This document shows positions 61,891 to 64,000 of a stretch of 64,000 nt of DNA, in pieces. The first letter of the stretch is position 1, and each line of letters begins with the position of its first letter. Location: positions 15,562,001 to 15,626,000 of the forward strand of contig NC_086380.1 of assembly GCF_036588685.1 (NCBI RefSeq), read 5' to 3'. The notes beneath the pieces were generated by a model that made no database searches, was not told where the DNA came from, and saw only the letters and a program-made list of their open reading frames with translations. Made by a program: the position numbers and the translations under genes. This stretch comes from Mytilus trossulus (lineage: Eukaryota).

Positions 61891-64000
61891 ACAAACAAAC
61901 TTTATTAGATTAACTCTCTAAGGAACGATCGTTTTCATTGGTCAATTCAAACCTTCGACTTCACACCTGCAAAAATAGAACACACGTACTTTAACGTTGA
62001 ATGGACTGATTAATATTCACGTAGCTGGTCAAGGTCGTCTAAAGCTTCCATCGTCGTATTCGCATACATGATTCTAATCACAATTCTAGCTTAATGTGCA
62101 TGTGAAATTCATTTGTGTTATAATTTTCTGCAATTAATTGGTAGTAAAGTTTAAACTTTAATATCTTAACAGTTAAAATATTCAATTTAAATATCTCCTC
62201 TAAATCAAGGGACGACATCAAAAGTTTAATGTAGGATAAAAAAAAACTCAATTCACATATTTTTTTCATTGACACACCCAAGTTGCTTATCCTGCCTTCT
62301 CTTTTACTCAATGGACTCCATGAATTAACGTTGTACTTGAAAAATGAAACTGTATACTTTACTACAAACACTTTTCATATTGTTTGCCAAGTTTTAGTTA
62401 TTCTTCATAGAATAGTGATTTTTTTTCTGATTCCATTAACTTGAAGGAAAAAAATAAATTCCGAAATTGTAAGTAAATTCATTACATGTAACACGCTTTG
62501 TTAAGAAAAAACGGAGATGGCCAATCATGGCACAGCGGATAATTAAATGAAGTTTATACAAACGATATAATTCAAGAGGTTTTGCTATTCTCGGTTGAAA
62601 AAAAGAACGTAAATTATATATTGTAAATATTAAACCGTTGGTGTCCCGTTTGAATGGTTTTACACTAGTAATTTTGGGGCCCTTTATAGCTTGTTGTTCA
62701 GTGAGAGCCAAGGCTCCGTATTGAAGGCCTTACATTGACCTATATTGGTTTACTTTTATAAATTGTTATTTAGATGGAGAGTTGTCTTATTGGCACTCAC
62801 ACCACATCTTCCTATATCTATGTAAATAGAAACAAACAATGTCTGTATTCATTAAATCATTTAAATGTATTTATAAAAAGGTGAGTTTCATCTTGTACAT
62901 ACATTTAGTCATCCTTAATTTCTTGATATTTTTTTGATCAGTTTACCATACACGTTTCGTTTTGTATTTTATTTGAAATAAGAATACATACTACATATAC
63001 TTTAGCGGATTGTTCAACAATGTTATGCAACTCTATTGTTACAGTATAAATTTAAAAAAATAAATATTCACCCATTCATAATCGAAAACAGTACATTTAT
63101 ATATAATAAAGGAGATGTGGTATTATTGCCAATGCCACAACTCTCCACAAGAGACCACAATGACACAGAAATTAACAACTAAAGGTCTCCGTACGGCTTT
63201 CAATAATGAGCAAAGCCCATACCGCATAGTCAGCTATAAAAGGCCCCGAAATGACAATGTAAAAACAATTCAAACGGGAGTTGTTCCTTTTAAACTACGA
63301 CATTTCTCACAAGTATTAATATTTATTTAGTTCCAAACATGCGAAAGAAATAATCTTCACTGAATTCATTCAGGTGCACAAATGATACGATTAGTTATTT
63401 TGTTTCTATCTTTGGGGAACAACTTCCTCCTTTTATGGTAGCTACTGTGTGTATGTTTTTTGCATGAAAATAATAAAGGAGGAATGTCAGTGCAACCCAT
63501 CATTAATTATTGTAAAGCAGGATCAGTATTATGAAATACTTTATAAGTGACTACGACATTGTAAGGATTATAACCTATCGGGGGGAATATCAGTATACTT
63601 TTTCGACCCCACTATTTGAAGAAGTTAGCAAAACATTTATTTAAATCTTTTGGCCAAAGGTTTGTAAACTGTACAAATCATTGTTTTTACGTTCGTAGTT
63701 ACATAGTAAATTCCATTGTCGGTCACCTGTGTCAATTCACGTGCACGCTGACTAGACTGACTACATTGTTGTTGTATTTAAATCTTTCGGCCAATGAAAT
63801 GAGACGTTACAAGTTGTTTGTTTATGATACGCCAGAATTTTATCAATGAACGATCAAATGCTAAACTTCACTGCATATCACTTTAACTTATAAATTTTGA
63901 TTGGAAGGGTGCGAAGAGAATAAATGGGATTTTTTCCCCTGTTATATTTAGAATTATGCGTAAAGTGATATTACTCATGAACCATACATAATACAGACCT

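Overview
AT-rich animal genomic DNA with spliceosomal introns, most likely a bivalve mollusc (the interspersed repeat content resembles Mytilus; this is inference). The first 27 kb is a birth-and-death cluster of cGAS-like receptors (cGLR, Mab-21 nucleotidyltransferases) with single coding exons. It holds two intact convergent genes (17421-18614 +, 19912-21078 -), one C-terminally broken copy (27-974 -) and one frameshifted pseudogene (~4220-4723 -). These sit in nested local segmental duplications that also carry a dead Gypsy/PNMA-type gag. Downstream are a two-exon type II membrane SAM-methyltransferase-like gene, QPRT (three coding exons, 10.5 kb repeat-laden intron) and an intronless rhodopsin-like GPCR with a long ectodomain. 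The main non-coding signal is about a dozen minimal type I hammerhead ribozyme motifs in two co-varying families, inside ~320-nt retrozyme/Penelope-like repeats. One forms a TSD-flanked ~1.3-mer that also carries a second conserved structured RNA motif. A Penelope-like RT relic, LINE fragments, a tRNA-derived SINE, many MITEs, Helentron-type elements and several minisatellites fill the rest.
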